Positions 27,966 through 37,808 of a stretch of 42,302 nucleotides of DNA are shown in pieces. The stretch spans positions 1 through 42,302 of the forward strand of contig JALWCU010000135.1 in assembly GCA_027015275.1 (NCBI GenBank). The letters are read 5' to 3'. The translations under genes were made by a program, and so were the position numbers. Below the pieces are notes generated by a model. The model searched no databases. It was not told the origin of the DNA and saw nothing but the letters and a program-made list of their open reading frames with translations. This DNA comes from Bacteroidales bacterium. GTDB taxonomy: Bacteria > Bacteroidota > Bacteroidia > Bacteroidales > S143-33. Each line of letters begins with the position of its first letter. Positions within the stretch are counted from its first letter, which is position 1.

Positions 27966-28490
27966 ATGCGAAATAAAAGCTTTAGCCTGGACAACAAGAG
28001 CTTTGAACGCTATTTCAAGCAGTTATTCCCGTCTTTAACATATTATGCTTTTAAAATTATCAGGGATTATGATACTGCCAAAGATGTTGTGCACGAAGCA
28101 TTTACTAAACTTTGGGAGAACCGCAAAAATATTGATACCCAGGGAAATGTAAAATCATATCTCTATCGTTCGGTTCATAATCTCAGCCTTAATTATATCC
28201 GCGACAACAAGAAATTTGCAGACATAGAGAATAGTCCAGAAGCTGGCGAGTATCCGATAGAGACAGGCGACAAAATAGAGACCGCAGAGCTGGAGCAGGC
28301 AATAATCGAGACAATAGAATCTATGCCAGAGAGAATGAAACAGGTTTTTATCCTTAGCCGTTATGAAGGACTCACTTACAAGGAGATAAGCCAAAAGCTT
28401 GGCATATCAGATAAAACTGTAGAAGTGCATATATCAAGGGCATTGAAGATTTTGCGGGACAATCTAAAGAATTTCATTGACACTGAGTAA
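27966..28490 (+). CDS. ECF-type RNA polymerase sigma-70 family factor
   Basis: 174 aa. Region 2 DVVHEAFTKLWE. Region 4.2 helix-turn-helix LTYKEISQKLGISDKTVEVHISRALKIL. Confidence 0.9.
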   Translation: MRNKSFSLDNKSFERYFKQLFPSLTYYAFKIIRDYDTAKDVVHEAFTKLWENRKNIDTQGNVKSYLYRSVHNLSLNYIRDNKKFADIENSPEAGEYPIETGDKIETAELEQAIIETIESMPERMKQVFILSRYEGLTYKEISQKLGISDKTVEVHISRALKILRDNLKNFIDTE

Positions 28491-28542
28491 GGTAAAAAGC
28501 TATTTGATGTGTAATAATTACAGAACACAAAAGCCATTGTGC

Positions 28543-29481
28543 ATGGAGGACATTTACACAAAATACTTAAATCTTATTTTCAAGCGACTTACAGGACAGA
28601 TAACACCCGAGCAGGAGCAAGACCTGGAGTCATGGTTAAGTAAAAGCCCTGAAAATCAGAGAATATACCAGGAGCAAAAAGAAATTTATAAGCTCACGGG
28701 TAGTGTGGATAAAAGCATCTTTGACATAGATGTTAACGAGGAATGGGAGAGATTTCACAAAAAACTTGCTCGCCCCAAAGTCGTTGATTTTTATAGTATT
28801 CTCAGACCAGTAGTGGCTGCGGCTGCACTTGTGGCATTGTTCTTCACTTTCTGGTTTTTACTGGGACCTAAGAAAACATACAAGGCAGGGCAAGGTATCA
28901 AGCAAATCGAGCTGGCAGACAAGTCAGTGGTTAAGTTGCGCCCACAGAGTAAATTGATATTAGAGAGGGGCTTTAATAGGCAGACGCGGACTGTCAGACT
29001 TGAAGGAGAAGCATATTTTGTAGTTTTGCATGATAATCAGAGACCATTTAGAGTTAAGGTTAATGGATTTGTCGTCCAGGATGTAGGTACAGAGTTCTTT
29101 GTTTCTCAGAAGAAAGATCAGGTTATTGTCAGCAAGGGGCTGGTCAAGGTTCAGACCCGTAGAGACCAGAAATTTGTTAAGGCAGGACAGAGAGTCGTAA
29201 TTATAAAGAGTAAGATTTTAAAGACACAACTTGAAGATAAAAATCTTTTGGGCTGGGCTACTGGTGAATTTGACTTTGACAATGAGCCGTTGAATAGTGT
29301 ATTTGATATTTTAGAGCAAAATTATAATGTCAAATTTAATGTTCATAGCAAAGCAATTGATAGTCTTCGTATTACAGCAACTTTCAAAGATAAGAATCTG
29401 GAGTTTATACTGCGTGTCATTTCACATACAGAGAACATTCATATAACTCAAACAAAGCCCAAAGTTTATGATGTAAGATGA
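28543..29481 (+). CDS. FecR-family transmembrane anti-sigma factor / sensor
   Basis: The start is moved to the ATG at 28543 (MEDIYTKYLNLIFKRLTGQITPEQEQDLESWLSKSPENQ, a typical FecR N-terminus). One TM (VVAAAALVALFFTFWFLL). FecR domain RLEGEAYFVV...PFRVKVNGFVVQDVGTEFFV. Confidence 0.85.
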   Translation: MEDIYTKYLNLIFKRLTGQITPEQEQDLESWLSKSPENQRIYQEQKEIYKLTGSVDKSIFDIDVNEEWERFHKKLARPKVVDFYSILRPVVAAAALVALFFTFWFLLGPKKTYKAGQGIKQIELADKSVVKLRPQSKLILERGFNRQTRTVRLEGEAYFVVLHDNQRPFRVKVNGFVVQDVGTEFFVSQKKDQVIVSKGLVKVQTRRDQKFVKAGQRVVIIKSKILKTQLEDKNLLGWATGEFDFDNEPLNSVFDILEQNYNVKFNVHSKAIDSLRITATFKDKNLEFILRVISHTENIHITQTKPKVYDVR

Positions 29482-32069
29482 GACATTTGTCTTTGACTAT
29501 TGTGCTGATTATTATTGGTTTAAATGTTTTTGCACAGCTCAAGCCCACGGACAAAATAATAAGTGTAAGAGTTCACAACCAGCCTTTGAAGAATGTTTTT
29601 CAGCAGATTACAAGGCAGACAGGACTGGAGTTCTCTTACAATCCAGCTGTAGTAAATGACCAGCAGCGTATAACTTTTATTGTCAGTAACAAAAGGGCTA
29701 TAGATGTACTTTCTACGCTTGGTTCTGAGCTTGGGTTTTCCTATGAAATTATTGAAAACACGGTGATACTCAAGGCTAATGCCCATCCGACGATGGCTAA
29801 TACCGCAAAAAGAAAAGTTACTCTGACTGGCTTTGTCATGGACTCTGCTACTGGGAATGTTATTATTGGAGCTGCGGTTTATGTGGACAAGAGACTTGTG
29901 GCTTTGAGCAATGAGTATGGATTTTTTTCTTTTATCACAGGCTGTGGCGAGCATTTGCTCGAGGTTAGCTATGTGGGATATACTCATTTTTCTAAGCCGC
30001 TAAAGGTTACCCGGTCAGAGAAATTGAATATTAAACTTAGTGCTAACGCTCAAAGTATTGATTATGTTGTTGTTACGCCAGAAGATAACACTCGGCCCAT
30101 CAGACGGAATAGCTTAGATTTTTTCAGTCTTTCGAGCAGTATAATAAATCGTAATCCAGCCTTGGGTGGCACGTATGATGCATTGCGAAGTTTGCAGGCT
30201 GTGCCAGGTTTTAATTTTTATGGCGATGGGTCAATGATTTTTCATGTGCGGGGTGGCGATCGTAGTGAGAATCTTATTTTGATAGACGATGCGCCTTTGT
30301 TTAATCCAGTGCATTTACTTGGTTTTTTTTCCGCAGTTTCGCCCTGGGCTGTAGGAAATATCCATGTTTATAAGGCAGATTTGCCAGAGAAATACCCTGG
30401 TCGTGTGTCATCTGTAATTGATATTCGTATAAAGCAAGGAGATTTTTACAAAACTCATCTAAACGGAGAGGTTAGTCCAGTGCTTACGGCTTTGAGCATT
30501 GATGGACCTATTGTCAGGGGGAAGAGCTCTTTTATGCTATCTGCCAGAACGTCAAATATTAATTGGCTTTACGAAAAACGCCAGACATTCTTGAACCTGG
30601 GATTTGTGGATATGCACACCAAGTTTAATTTTCGTCCCAATAAGACGAACAATCTGTCTATGTCTATGTTTTTTAGTTATGACAGGGTTAGCCTTTCCCG
30701 TGATGTGTTGGCCTCGCGTGTGTGGTGGAGAAATATTGCAGGTACTTTTAGGTGGAATCATGTTTTTTCCTCGCGTCTTTTCCTCAGTACAACATTTTTT
30801 GTTGGTCAATATTCTTATTTTCTCAAGTTTGTGCCAGATACTGTTGATTTGTTTAATTCAGCAATAACATCAATGGGACTGAAGGAAGATTTCTCACTTA
30901 AGTTGTCAAATAATAACACTATTGATTTTGGCGGCGGCACAGAATATTATTATTTTAATCCAGCTAATATCAATGAATTAGCTTATATACCTACTCAGAA
31001 TGCAATGGATTATTATCTCTATGCGGGAGACCATTGGGTGCTGTGGAATAAGGTCAAATTGCATCTGGGTGTAGTGGTTAACAATTGGTATAATCTGGGA
31101 CCTACGATAGTCTTTGATTACTCTGATACACACCAGCTTCTGAGTACTGATACGATTGGGCTTAAGGTGTTTAATATATATACAGCAGTTGATCCCAGAA
31201 TGAGCATATCTTTTGCTTTGACGCCCAATTCAATAATAAAATTATCATTGGGTCGCTATACGCAATTTCTTAATCTGCTGTCCAATTCCATAAGTCCATT
31301 TACAACAATAGAAGCATGGTATCCTGCTAATAATAACATACTTCCACAGAAGGAGAAGCAAATCTCTTTGGGATATTTTCACAAAGGTATAGCTGATTTC
31401 TCAGTAGAAGCGTATGCCAAGAGAATAGATAATATTCCACATTTTGCTGATTTTGCAACCCTGCTTTTTAATCCATACATAGATGGCATGATACGCGAAG
31501 GATACAATGTTGCCTGGGGGCTGGAGTTTTCGTTAAGCAAAATTCGGGGAAATTTTAATTATACTGTTTCATATACTTATGGGCGTGTGTTTATGCGGAT
31601 ACCCGAAATTTTTGGTGATAAATGGCTCTACACTTCCTATGACAAGCCTCATAATCTTTTGCTAAATTTATCTTATACCAAAAATCGGATTACGCTTGGG
31701 GCAAATTGGACATATTCATCTGGCAACCGCTATTCTTCGCCTATTGGTTATTACAAAGTTTTAGACCATTATGTGCCTATTTTTCTGTATCCTAATAATG
31801 CACAATTGCCGCCTTACCATAGGTTAGACCTTTATTTTACCTGGCACATTAATAAAAATAAGCATAAAAGATTCAACCATTATTTGACCATTTCTTTATA
31901 CAATGCCTACGGCAGGCGCAATCCTGTGCTCGTCAATTTTAATAAAATCGAAGGTGGGAATGATTTCTTCTATGTTCCGGGTAATTTCATTTACCAATAT
32001 CAGTTGACGCCAGCATATTACTATTTCCTGCGTTATTTCCCGTCAGTGTCTTATAGATTCAAGTTTTAG
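29478..32069 (+). CDS. TonB-dependent transducer (STN + CarboxypepD_reg-like + plug + barrel)
   Basis: 863 aa. Signal peptide. STN-like domain (VRVHNQPLKNVFQQITRQTGLEFSY...NTVILK). CarboxypepD_reg-like (VTLTGFVMDSATGNVIIGAAVYV...YGFFSF...VSYVGY). Plug (LQAVPGF...GGDRSENLILIDDAPL). Barrel ends in Phe (SYRFKF). Its ATG overlaps the FecR stop (ATGA, 29478-29481). Confidence 0.88.
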   Translation: MRHLSLTIVLIIIGLNVFAQLKPTDKIISVRVHNQPLKNVFQQITRQTGLEFSYNPAVVNDQQRITFIVSNKRAIDVLSTLGSELGFSYEIIENTVILKANAHPTMANTAKRKVTLTGFVMDSATGNVIIGAAVYVDKRLVALSNEYGFFSFITGCGEHLLEVSYVGYTHFSKPLKVTRSEKLNIKLSANAQSIDYVVVTPEDNTRPIRRNSLDFFSLSSSIINRNPALGGTYDALRSLQAVPGFNFYGDGSMIFHVRGGDRSENLILIDDAPLFNPVHLLGFFSAVSPWAVGNIHVYKADLPEKYPGRVSSVIDIRIKQGDFYKTHLNGEVSPVLTALSIDGPIVRGKSSFMLSARTSNINWLYEKRQTFLNLGFVDMHTKFNFRPNKTNNLSMSMFFSYDRVSLSRDVLASRVWWRNIAGTFRWNHVFSSRLFLSTTFFVGQYSYFLKFVPDTVDLFNSAITSMGLKEDFSLKLSNNNTIDFGGGTEYYYFNPANINELAYIPTQNAMDYYLYAGDHWVLWNKVKLHLGVVVNNWYNLGPTIVFDYSDTHQLLSTDTIGLKVFNIYTAVDPRMSISFALTPNSIIKLSLGRYTQFLNLLSNSISPFTTIEAWYPANNNILPQKEKQISLGYFHKGIADFSVEAYAKRIDNIPHFADFATLLFNPYIDGMIREGYNVAWGLEFSLSKIRGNFNYTVSYTYGRVFMRIPEIFGDKWLYTSYDKPHNLLLNLSYTKNRITLGANWTYSSGNRYSSPIGYYKVLDHYVPIFLYPNNAQLPPYHRLDLYFTWHINKNKHKRFNHYLTISLYNAYGRRNPVLVNFNKIEGGNDFFYVPGNFIYQYQLTPAYYYFLRYFPSVSYRFKF

Positions 32070-32076
32070 ATCAGGC

Positions 32077-32910
32077 ATGATGAAGCGAAAAATTTACATA
32101 TTTTACATATTGCTCTTTGCTTTGCTTAGTGTTCTTTTGGCTTGTCAAGCGCCATTTCCGTATAATCCGCAGCCAAGCAAGAAATTTGTGGTTGTCGAAG
32201 CATTGCTGACTAACGAGTTTAAGTATCAGCAAATAAGGCTAAGTTATTCTATTACAGAGACAAGTGATACGGTTGAGAGTGTAACAAGCGCTAATGTTGT
32301 GGTAGAGACGCAGGGAGAGCAATATTTTTTCCATGAGTCAGACTCAGTGCCAGGTCTGTACATTTCTACAGACAAGTTTGCTGCTACTATTGATCGTGAT
32401 TACCGCCTGGATATTGTGGTCAATGGCAAAGTATATACGGCTTTTACTGGCGAAGAACCTGTGGGCTTGCTGGATAGCATCAGATATGAGTATAACCAGG
32501 ATACAGGGCTTTATCGTATTTCTTATGTAGCGCCAGTTTTTGACCCTTATTCTGCTGCGATGTATGAGCTTTATTTAGATTGGTCTAAAGTGCCTGGTTA
32601 CAGCAGCTTACCTTATGATAGCACACATGCCAAAATGTATTTCTTTACTCTCAGGACAATGGATGTTAATGAACTTTTCCAGCCATATCAGCAGCAGGTA
32701 TATTTTCCCCGTGGCACTGAGATTGTCGAACGTAAGTATTCACTTACGCCGTTTTTCGAATCTTACATACGGGCATTGCTGCTGGAGACGCATTGGTCAG
32801 GTTCGCTGTTTGATGTTGAGCATTGGAATTTGCCTACTAATCTGAGCGGAGGTGCTTTGGGGTTTTTTACAGCCTGTTCTGTTATTGAGCGTAAGTATAT
32901 TGTGCAGTAA
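32077..32910 (+). CDS. DUF4249-like lipoprotein, partner of the TonB-dependent transducer
   Basis: 277 aa, 7 nt after the transducer stop. Lipobox LSVLLAC. The N-terminal pattern KKFVVVEALLTNEFKYQQIRLSYS...ANVVVETQGEQYFFHESDSVPGLY resembles DUF4249 as I remember it. Confidence 0.6.
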   Translation: MMKRKIYIFYILLFALLSVLLACQAPFPYNPQPSKKFVVVEALLTNEFKYQQIRLSYSITETSDTVESVTSANVVVETQGEQYFFHESDSVPGLYISTDKFAATIDRDYRLDIVVNGKVYTAFTGEEPVGLLDSIRYEYNQDTGLYRISYVAPVFDPYSAAMYELYLDWSKVPGYSSLPYDSTHAKMYFFTLRTMDVNELFQPYQQQVYFPRGTEIVERKYSLTPFFESYIRALLLETHWSGSLFDVEHWNLPTNLSGGALGFFTACSVIERKYIVQ

Positions 32911-32971
32911 AGTTTTGTGCCTTTGGTTTAAGCTTATGAATTTTTATAACAATTGCCAAAGCATTATGCAA

Positions 32972-33005
32972 AATGCCACGCTGATCTATGTATCAGCGTG
33001 GCATT
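32972..33005. terminator. Hairpin between convergent genes, probably a bidirectional terminator
   Basis: Perfect 14-bp stem aatgccacgctgat / atcagcgtggcatt with a 6-nt loop. Flanking A/T runs are short, so terminator efficiency is uncertain. Confidence 0.55.
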
Positions 33006-33069
33006 GTAGTAATTTGTCTAAACACGCAACAGATTAGTACATAGTAAATTACCTGCAAATTTTGTTAAA

Positions 33070-34014
33070 TTATTCTGGTAAAATAGTTGTGCCATAGCCG
33101 TTGTCATTGAGCTTGGAGCTCTCGGTGATAATGGCTTTGGGTCCACCATGTTTGATAAAGTTAAGGCATGCTTCTATCTTAGGTGCCATGTTACCTTCGC
33201 CAAATACGCCTTGCTTAAGATATTCTTCTGCCTCAGGTACAGTAAGTTCTTTGAGAGCTTTCTGGTCAGGTTTGTTGAAATTAATGTAAACGAAAGGCAC
33301 ATCTGTCAGAATATAGAACTCATCAGCTTTTAATTCTGTAGCGAGCACAGAAGATGCGCGGTCTTTGTCTATAACAGCTTCTATACCACGTAAGTATCCG
33401 TATTCGTCGCGGTAAACTGGTACGCCACCGCCGCCTACTGCTATAACGATGTTTCCAGCTTCCAGAAGTTTGTCTATAACTTGGTAGTTTACTGTTCTCA
33501 GAGGCCAAGGCGAAGGCACTACGCGGCGCCAGCCACCTTGTACCTTGGGGCTTGGCTTGAATATCCAGCCTTTTTCTTTGGACAGACGATCGGCTTCTTC
33601 CTTAGTATAAATTTTGCCAACTCTCTTGGTAGGATTCTGGAAAGCGCTGTCTTTGGGGTCAACTTCCACCTGAGTAACCAGAGTTACCACGTTTTTGTTA
33701 ATGCCGTGTTCTCTGAGAATGTTGACCATTACTTGCTCGAGCATATAACCTATTCCACCTTGGGAGTCGGCTACACATATATCTAATGGCATCTGTGGAA
33801 TTTTGTATTTTTCTTCGCCTGCGTCGTTGCGCATCAGGATGTTTCCCACTTGTGGACCATTGCCATGTGTGATAACTATTTCGTAACCTTGCTCAAGGAG
33901 TTTGATGACGTTTTTGAGTGTGTCTGTCGAATTTTGTATCTGTTCCTGTATAGTTCCCTTCTGGTCGCCTCTAATCAAGGCATTTCCGCCTAATGCTACT
34001 ATTGCTTTCTTCAT
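33070..34014 (-). CDS. arcC: Carbamate kinase
   Basis: Started at the ATG at 34014 (MKKAIVALGGNAL...). Blocks ALGGNAL, ITHGNGPQVG, AVGGGGVPV. ~314 aa, colinear with carbamate kinases as I remember them. Confidence 0.88.
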   Translation of the reverse strand: MKKAIVALGGNALIRGDQKGTIQEQIQNSTDTLKNVIKLLEQGYEIVITHGNGPQVGNILMRNDAGEEKYKIPQMPLDICVADSQGGIGYMLEQVMVNILREHGINKNVVTLVTQVEVDPKDSAFQNPTKRVGKIYTKEEADRLSKEKGWIFKPSPKVQGGWRRVVPSPWPLRTVNYQVIDKLLEAGNIVIAVGGGGVPVYRDEYGYLRGIEAVIDKDRASSVLATELKADEFYILTDVPFVYINFNKPDQKALKELTVPEAEEYLKQGVFGEGNMAPKIEACLNFIKHGGPKAIITESSKLNDNGYGTTILPE

Positions 34015-34188
34015 AACTGACAAGTTTTCTTGGTTTAAAAAAAAGAGGCTTCTAAGATAGAGAAATTTTTGTAACAAAAAAATAATTTAGAATGTTTATG
34101 TTGTTGGTTAATGTGCTTGTAATTAGGCTATTGTGTTTTCTATAGTCGTTGTTTATTGATTTTTAGAGCCACAATTCCTAGTGGAATG

Positions 34189-35661
34189 TTATTTCTTTTT
34201 TATGGGAGGATTATCCTTGTATCTGAAATCAACGGGGCTAAGCCCATGTTCTTTGGCTATTTTTGTCATGTAATCAAAAGCCTGTGAATAGTCATTGGGG
34301 ATAATACCGTCGAGAATGGCATCCTTTATAGCGTCTTTTATTTGCCCGATGAGGGGTGAGGGTGGCAGGTTGAATGTTGTCATTATTATATGGCCGTCTA
34401 TAGGTGGTTTCCAATTTCGTAATGCGTCTTTTTCTTCTACTTCTTTGATTTTTTCACGCAGCCAGTTGAAGTTCCTCAGTATTCTTTCGCGTTTTTCGTC
34501 GTATTTGGTTGTGATGTCGGATTCGACGAGTTTCATCAGGTCGTCCAGGTCTTCGCCTGCGTCCACTATAAGACGACGGATACCAGAGTCTGTAACTTGT
34601 TCGCCTATCAGATGCATGGGGCGGTGATGAAGCAAGATGAGTTTTTGTACGTATTTCATTTTTTGGTCCAGTGGCAGCTTTAGTTTGCGGAAAATATCAG
34701 GTATCATTTTAGCGCCTATGACCTCGTGCCCGTGGAAAGTCCAAGTGCCATTGTCAAATCTTTTCGTTTTTGGTTTGCCAATGTCGTGTAGCAGTGCTGC
34801 CCAACGTAGCCATAGTTTGTCAGTTTTCTGTGCTATATTATCCAACACTTTTATAGAGTGGAAAAAATTATCCTTGTGTCCTATACCATTCTTGTAATCA
34901 ACGCCATGGAGGGCATAAAGCTCTGGGAAAATTATTTCGAGTAGCCCAGTATCAAACAAAAGTTTCAGGCCCTTGGATGGTTTGTGAGCCTTCATTATTT
35001 TATTGAATTCTTCTGTTATTCGCTCTTGTGAAACGATTTTTATTCTGTCTTTGTTCTTTTTTATTGCTTCGAAAGATTCTGTATATATGTCAAAGTCCAG
35101 TACAGTGGCAAATCTTATTGCACGCATCATTCGCAGAGGGTCATCACTAAAAGTAATATCAGGGTCAAGTGGAGTGCGTATTATTTTGTTTTGCAAGTCT
35201 TCCAGCCCATCGAAAGGGTCTATTAATTTACCGAACGAATTGGGATTAAGACTAATAGCCATTGCATTGATAGTAAAATCACGGCGGCGGAGATCATCGT
35301 CGAGTGTACCGTTTTCGACAATAGGTTTTCGAGAGTCGCGTCGATAAGATTCTTTCCTCGCGCCGACAAATTCTATTTCCATGTTATTATATTTAAACAT
35401 GGCTGTCCCGAAATTACGGAATGTAAAAACATTCTTGATACCTAAGATGTTAGCAGCCTTTTTTGCGATTTTAATCCCACTACCAACTACCACAATGTCA
35501 ATATCTTCTGAGCTGCGTTTTAGGATTTGGTCTCTTACCCATCCGCCAATGACATAGATTTCGAGATTTTCTTTTTCTGCAAGCTCTGCTATTACTTTGA
35601 AAATACGGTGGTTAAGGTCAAATGTATGTGTGTTAATATTAAATTTTATATCCATATACAC
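34189..35661 (-). CDS. tRNA nucleotidyltransferase (CCA-adding) / poly(A) polymerase family enzyme with HD domain
   Basis: 490 aa. GGWVRDQIL, DIDIVV, RRDFTINAM head domain. HD domain LLHDIGKP. The start could also be the third-codon ATG at 35655. Confidence 0.85.
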   Translation of the reverse strand: MYMDIKFNINTHTFDLNHRIFKVIAELAEKENLEIYVIGGWVRDQILKRSSEDIDIVVVGSGIKIAKKAANILGIKNVFTFRNFGTAMFKYNNMEIEFVGARKESYRRDSRKPIVENGTLDDDLRRRDFTINAMAISLNPNSFGKLIDPFDGLEDLQNKIIRTPLDPDITFSDDPLRMMRAIRFATVLDFDIYTESFEAIKKNKDRIKIVSQERITEEFNKIMKAHKPSKGLKLLFDTGLLEIIFPELYALHGVDYKNGIGHKDNFFHSIKVLDNIAQKTDKLWLRWAALLHDIGKPKTKRFDNGTWTFHGHEVIGAKMIPDIFRKLKLPLDQKMKYVQKLILLHHRPMHLIGEQVTDSGIRRLIVDAGEDLDDLMKLVESDITTKYDEKRERILRNFNWLREKIKEVEEKDALRNWKPPIDGHIIMTTFNLPPSPLIGQIKDAIKDAILDGIIPNDYSQAFDYMTKIAKEHGLSPVDFRYKDNPPIKKK

Positions 35662-35801
35662 TCCTACTGTAAAATGAACTTTACAAATATGAAAAAAAAT
35701 AATATCTTAGTCCAAATGACCTGCAAAGATAAAGTTTTGATGTAAAAAATTAGTAAAAAGACACTTAAAAAAAGTTTTTTTCTTTTAGAAAAATTTTGCT
35801 G

Positions 35802-35809
35802 TAGATTTG
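35802..35809 (+). promoter_or_regulatory. Candidate -7 promoter box (TAGATTTG, followed by CA) for parE
   Basis: TAGATTTGCA lies 36 nt upstream of the ATG at 35845. Confidence 0.4.
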
Positions 35810-35844
35810 CACAAAATATAAAATTGGTAAAATCGGCACTAAAC

Positions 35845-37692
35845 ATGGTTGTTGAGCAGTACACAGAAGATACGATACAGACGCTGGAGTGGAAGGAGCA
35901 TATTCGCAAGAGACCAGGCATGTACATTGGAAAGCTGGGAGATGGTTCATCGGCTGATGATGGTATTTATGTGCTAATCAAGGAGGTTATAGACAATTCG
36001 GTAGATGAATATATGATGGGCTATGGCAAGAAGATCGAAATAGATATTAGCGAAGACGGCAAGGTAAGAGTGCGAGACTATGGCCGTGGTGTGCCTTTGG
36101 GAAAAGTGCTGGATGTTGCATCGAGGATGAATACTGGCGCCAAGTATGATTCACGTGTTTTTAAAAAATCAGTAGGATTAAATGGCGTTGGTATAAAGGC
36201 AGTTAATGCTTTGTCGCAGATGTTTATCATACGTTCTTTCCGCGAGGGACAGATGAAGGAAGTTGTTTTTGAGCGAGGAAATATTGTGGAAGACAAGCCA
36301 TTAACCCCTAGCCAAGAAAAGAACGGGACAGAAGTTATTTTCAGACCTGATGAACAGTTGTTTCCAGGATATAAGTATCGCCTGAGCATTGTGGAAAATA
36401 TGATAAAGAATTATACTTATCTCAACACAGGTCTAAAATTTTATCTTAATGGACAAGAATTTGTTTCGGACAACGGTTTGCTTGATCTGCTCAACGAGAA
36501 GATTAATACAGAGATTCTCTATCCAATTATTCATCTAAAGGGCGAGGACATAGAAGTAGCGCTGACGCATGGACGCCAATATGGCGAGGAATATTACAGC
36601 TTTGTTAATGGTCAGTACACTCCCCAAGGAGGCACGCATCTGCTGGCGTTCAAAGAGGCTATTGTAAAGACTATACGTGATTTTTACAAAAAGAATTTTC
36701 ATTTTTCGGATATACGTACATCCATAATAGCTGCGATAAGCATAAAGATAGAGGACCCGGTCTTTGAGTCACAGACCAAGACCAAGCTGGGCTCGAAAGA
36801 CATGTGGCCTGGTGGTCCATCGGTTCGTCAATTTATAATGGACTTTATGAAGACCGAGCTGGATAATTACCTTCACAAAAACGAGCAGGTAGTTCAAGCT
36901 TTGCTCAAGAAAATACAAGAGTCGGAGAAAGAACGCAAAGCGATACAGAACATTCAGAAAATAAGCAGATTAAAGTCCAGAAAAGTCAGTCTTCATAATA
37001 AGAAACTAAGGGATTGTGACATTCATTACAATACAAATCATTCGAGGCGCGATGAGTCCACGATTTTCATAACAGAGGGGGATTCGGCAAGCGGCAGTAT
37101 CACAAAGGCAAGGGATGTAGCCACTCAGGCTGTTTTTAGCCTTCGTGGTAAACCGCTTAATACTTATGGGCTGACCAAGAAGGTGATTTACGAAAACGAT
37201 GAATTTAATCTCTTACAAGCAGCATTGAACATAGAGGAAGGCGTCGAAAATTTGCGGTACAACAAGATAGTGATTGCCACTGATGCAGATGTTGACGGCA
37301 TGCACATTCGGCTTTTGCTCATAACGTTTTTCTTGCAGTTTTTTCCAGAGCTAATAAAGAATGGCCATTTGTTTGTTTTGCAGACGCCTTTGTTCCGTGT
37401 GCGTAACAAGCAGAAAACGATTTATTGTTATTCGGAGGATGAAAAGCAAAAGGCAATTCAGAAGCTCGGGGGGAATGTTGAGATTACAAGGTTTAAGGGT
37501 CTGGGAGAGATTTCACCTGGTGAGTTTAAGGAGTTTATTGGCAAGAATATGCGACTGGAGCCAGTTGTATTGACCAAGGAAGATTCGATCAATGAGTTGT
37601 TGTCTTTTTATATGGGTAAGAATACGCCTAAGCGCCAGGAATTTATAATAGAAAATCTAAGAATAGATGAGGAATATAAGGCAGATATATAA
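35845..37692 (+). CDS. parE: Type IIA topoisomerase subunit B, probably topoisomerase IV ParE
   Basis: The ORF-track start 35824 is TTG; I chose the first ATG at 35845. GHKL ATPase blocks [18 protein letters not shown] and EVIDNSVDE. Toprim ITEGDSASG and DADVDGMHI. The ~615-aa length fits ParE rather than GyrB, but the paralog call is from memory. Confidence 0.8.
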   Translation: MVVEQYTEDTIQTLEWKEHIRKRPGMYIGKLGDGSSADDGIYVLIKEVIDNSVDEYMMGYGKKIEIDISEDGKVRVRDYGRGVPLGKVLDVASRMNTGAKYDSRVFKKSVGLNGVGIKAVNALSQMFIIRSFREGQMKEVVFERGNIVEDKPLTPSQEKNGTEVIFRPDEQLFPGYKYRLSIVENMIKNYTYLNTGLKFYLNGQEFVSDNGLLDLLNEKINTEILYPIIHLKGEDIEVALTHGRQYGEEYYSFVNGQYTPQGGTHLLAFKEAIVKTIRDFYKKNFHFSDIRTSIIAAISIKIEDPVFESQTKTKLGSKDMWPGGPSVRQFIMDFMKTELDNYLHKNEQVVQALLKKIQESEKERKAIQNIQKISRLKSRKVSLHNKKLRDCDIHYNTNHSRRDESTIFITEGDSASGSITKARDVATQAVFSLRGKPLNTYGLTKKVIYENDEFNLLQAALNIEEGVENLRYNKIVIATDADVDGMHIRLLLITFFLQFFPELIKNGHLFVLQTPLFRVRNKQKTIYCYSEDEKQKAIQKLGGNVEITRFKGLGEISPGEFKEFIGKNMRLEPVVLTKEDSINELLSFYMGKNTPKRQEFIIENLRIDEEYKADI

Positions 37693-37808
37693 AAATTTTA
37701 GTGGTTTGATTTTTGTTTTTAAAAATTTGTTTTTTCTGAAGCAATAAAATATTTAACTTCAAAAGGTCGTTTTTGATATTGAATTGAATTTAATAAATAT
37801 TTAATTCT

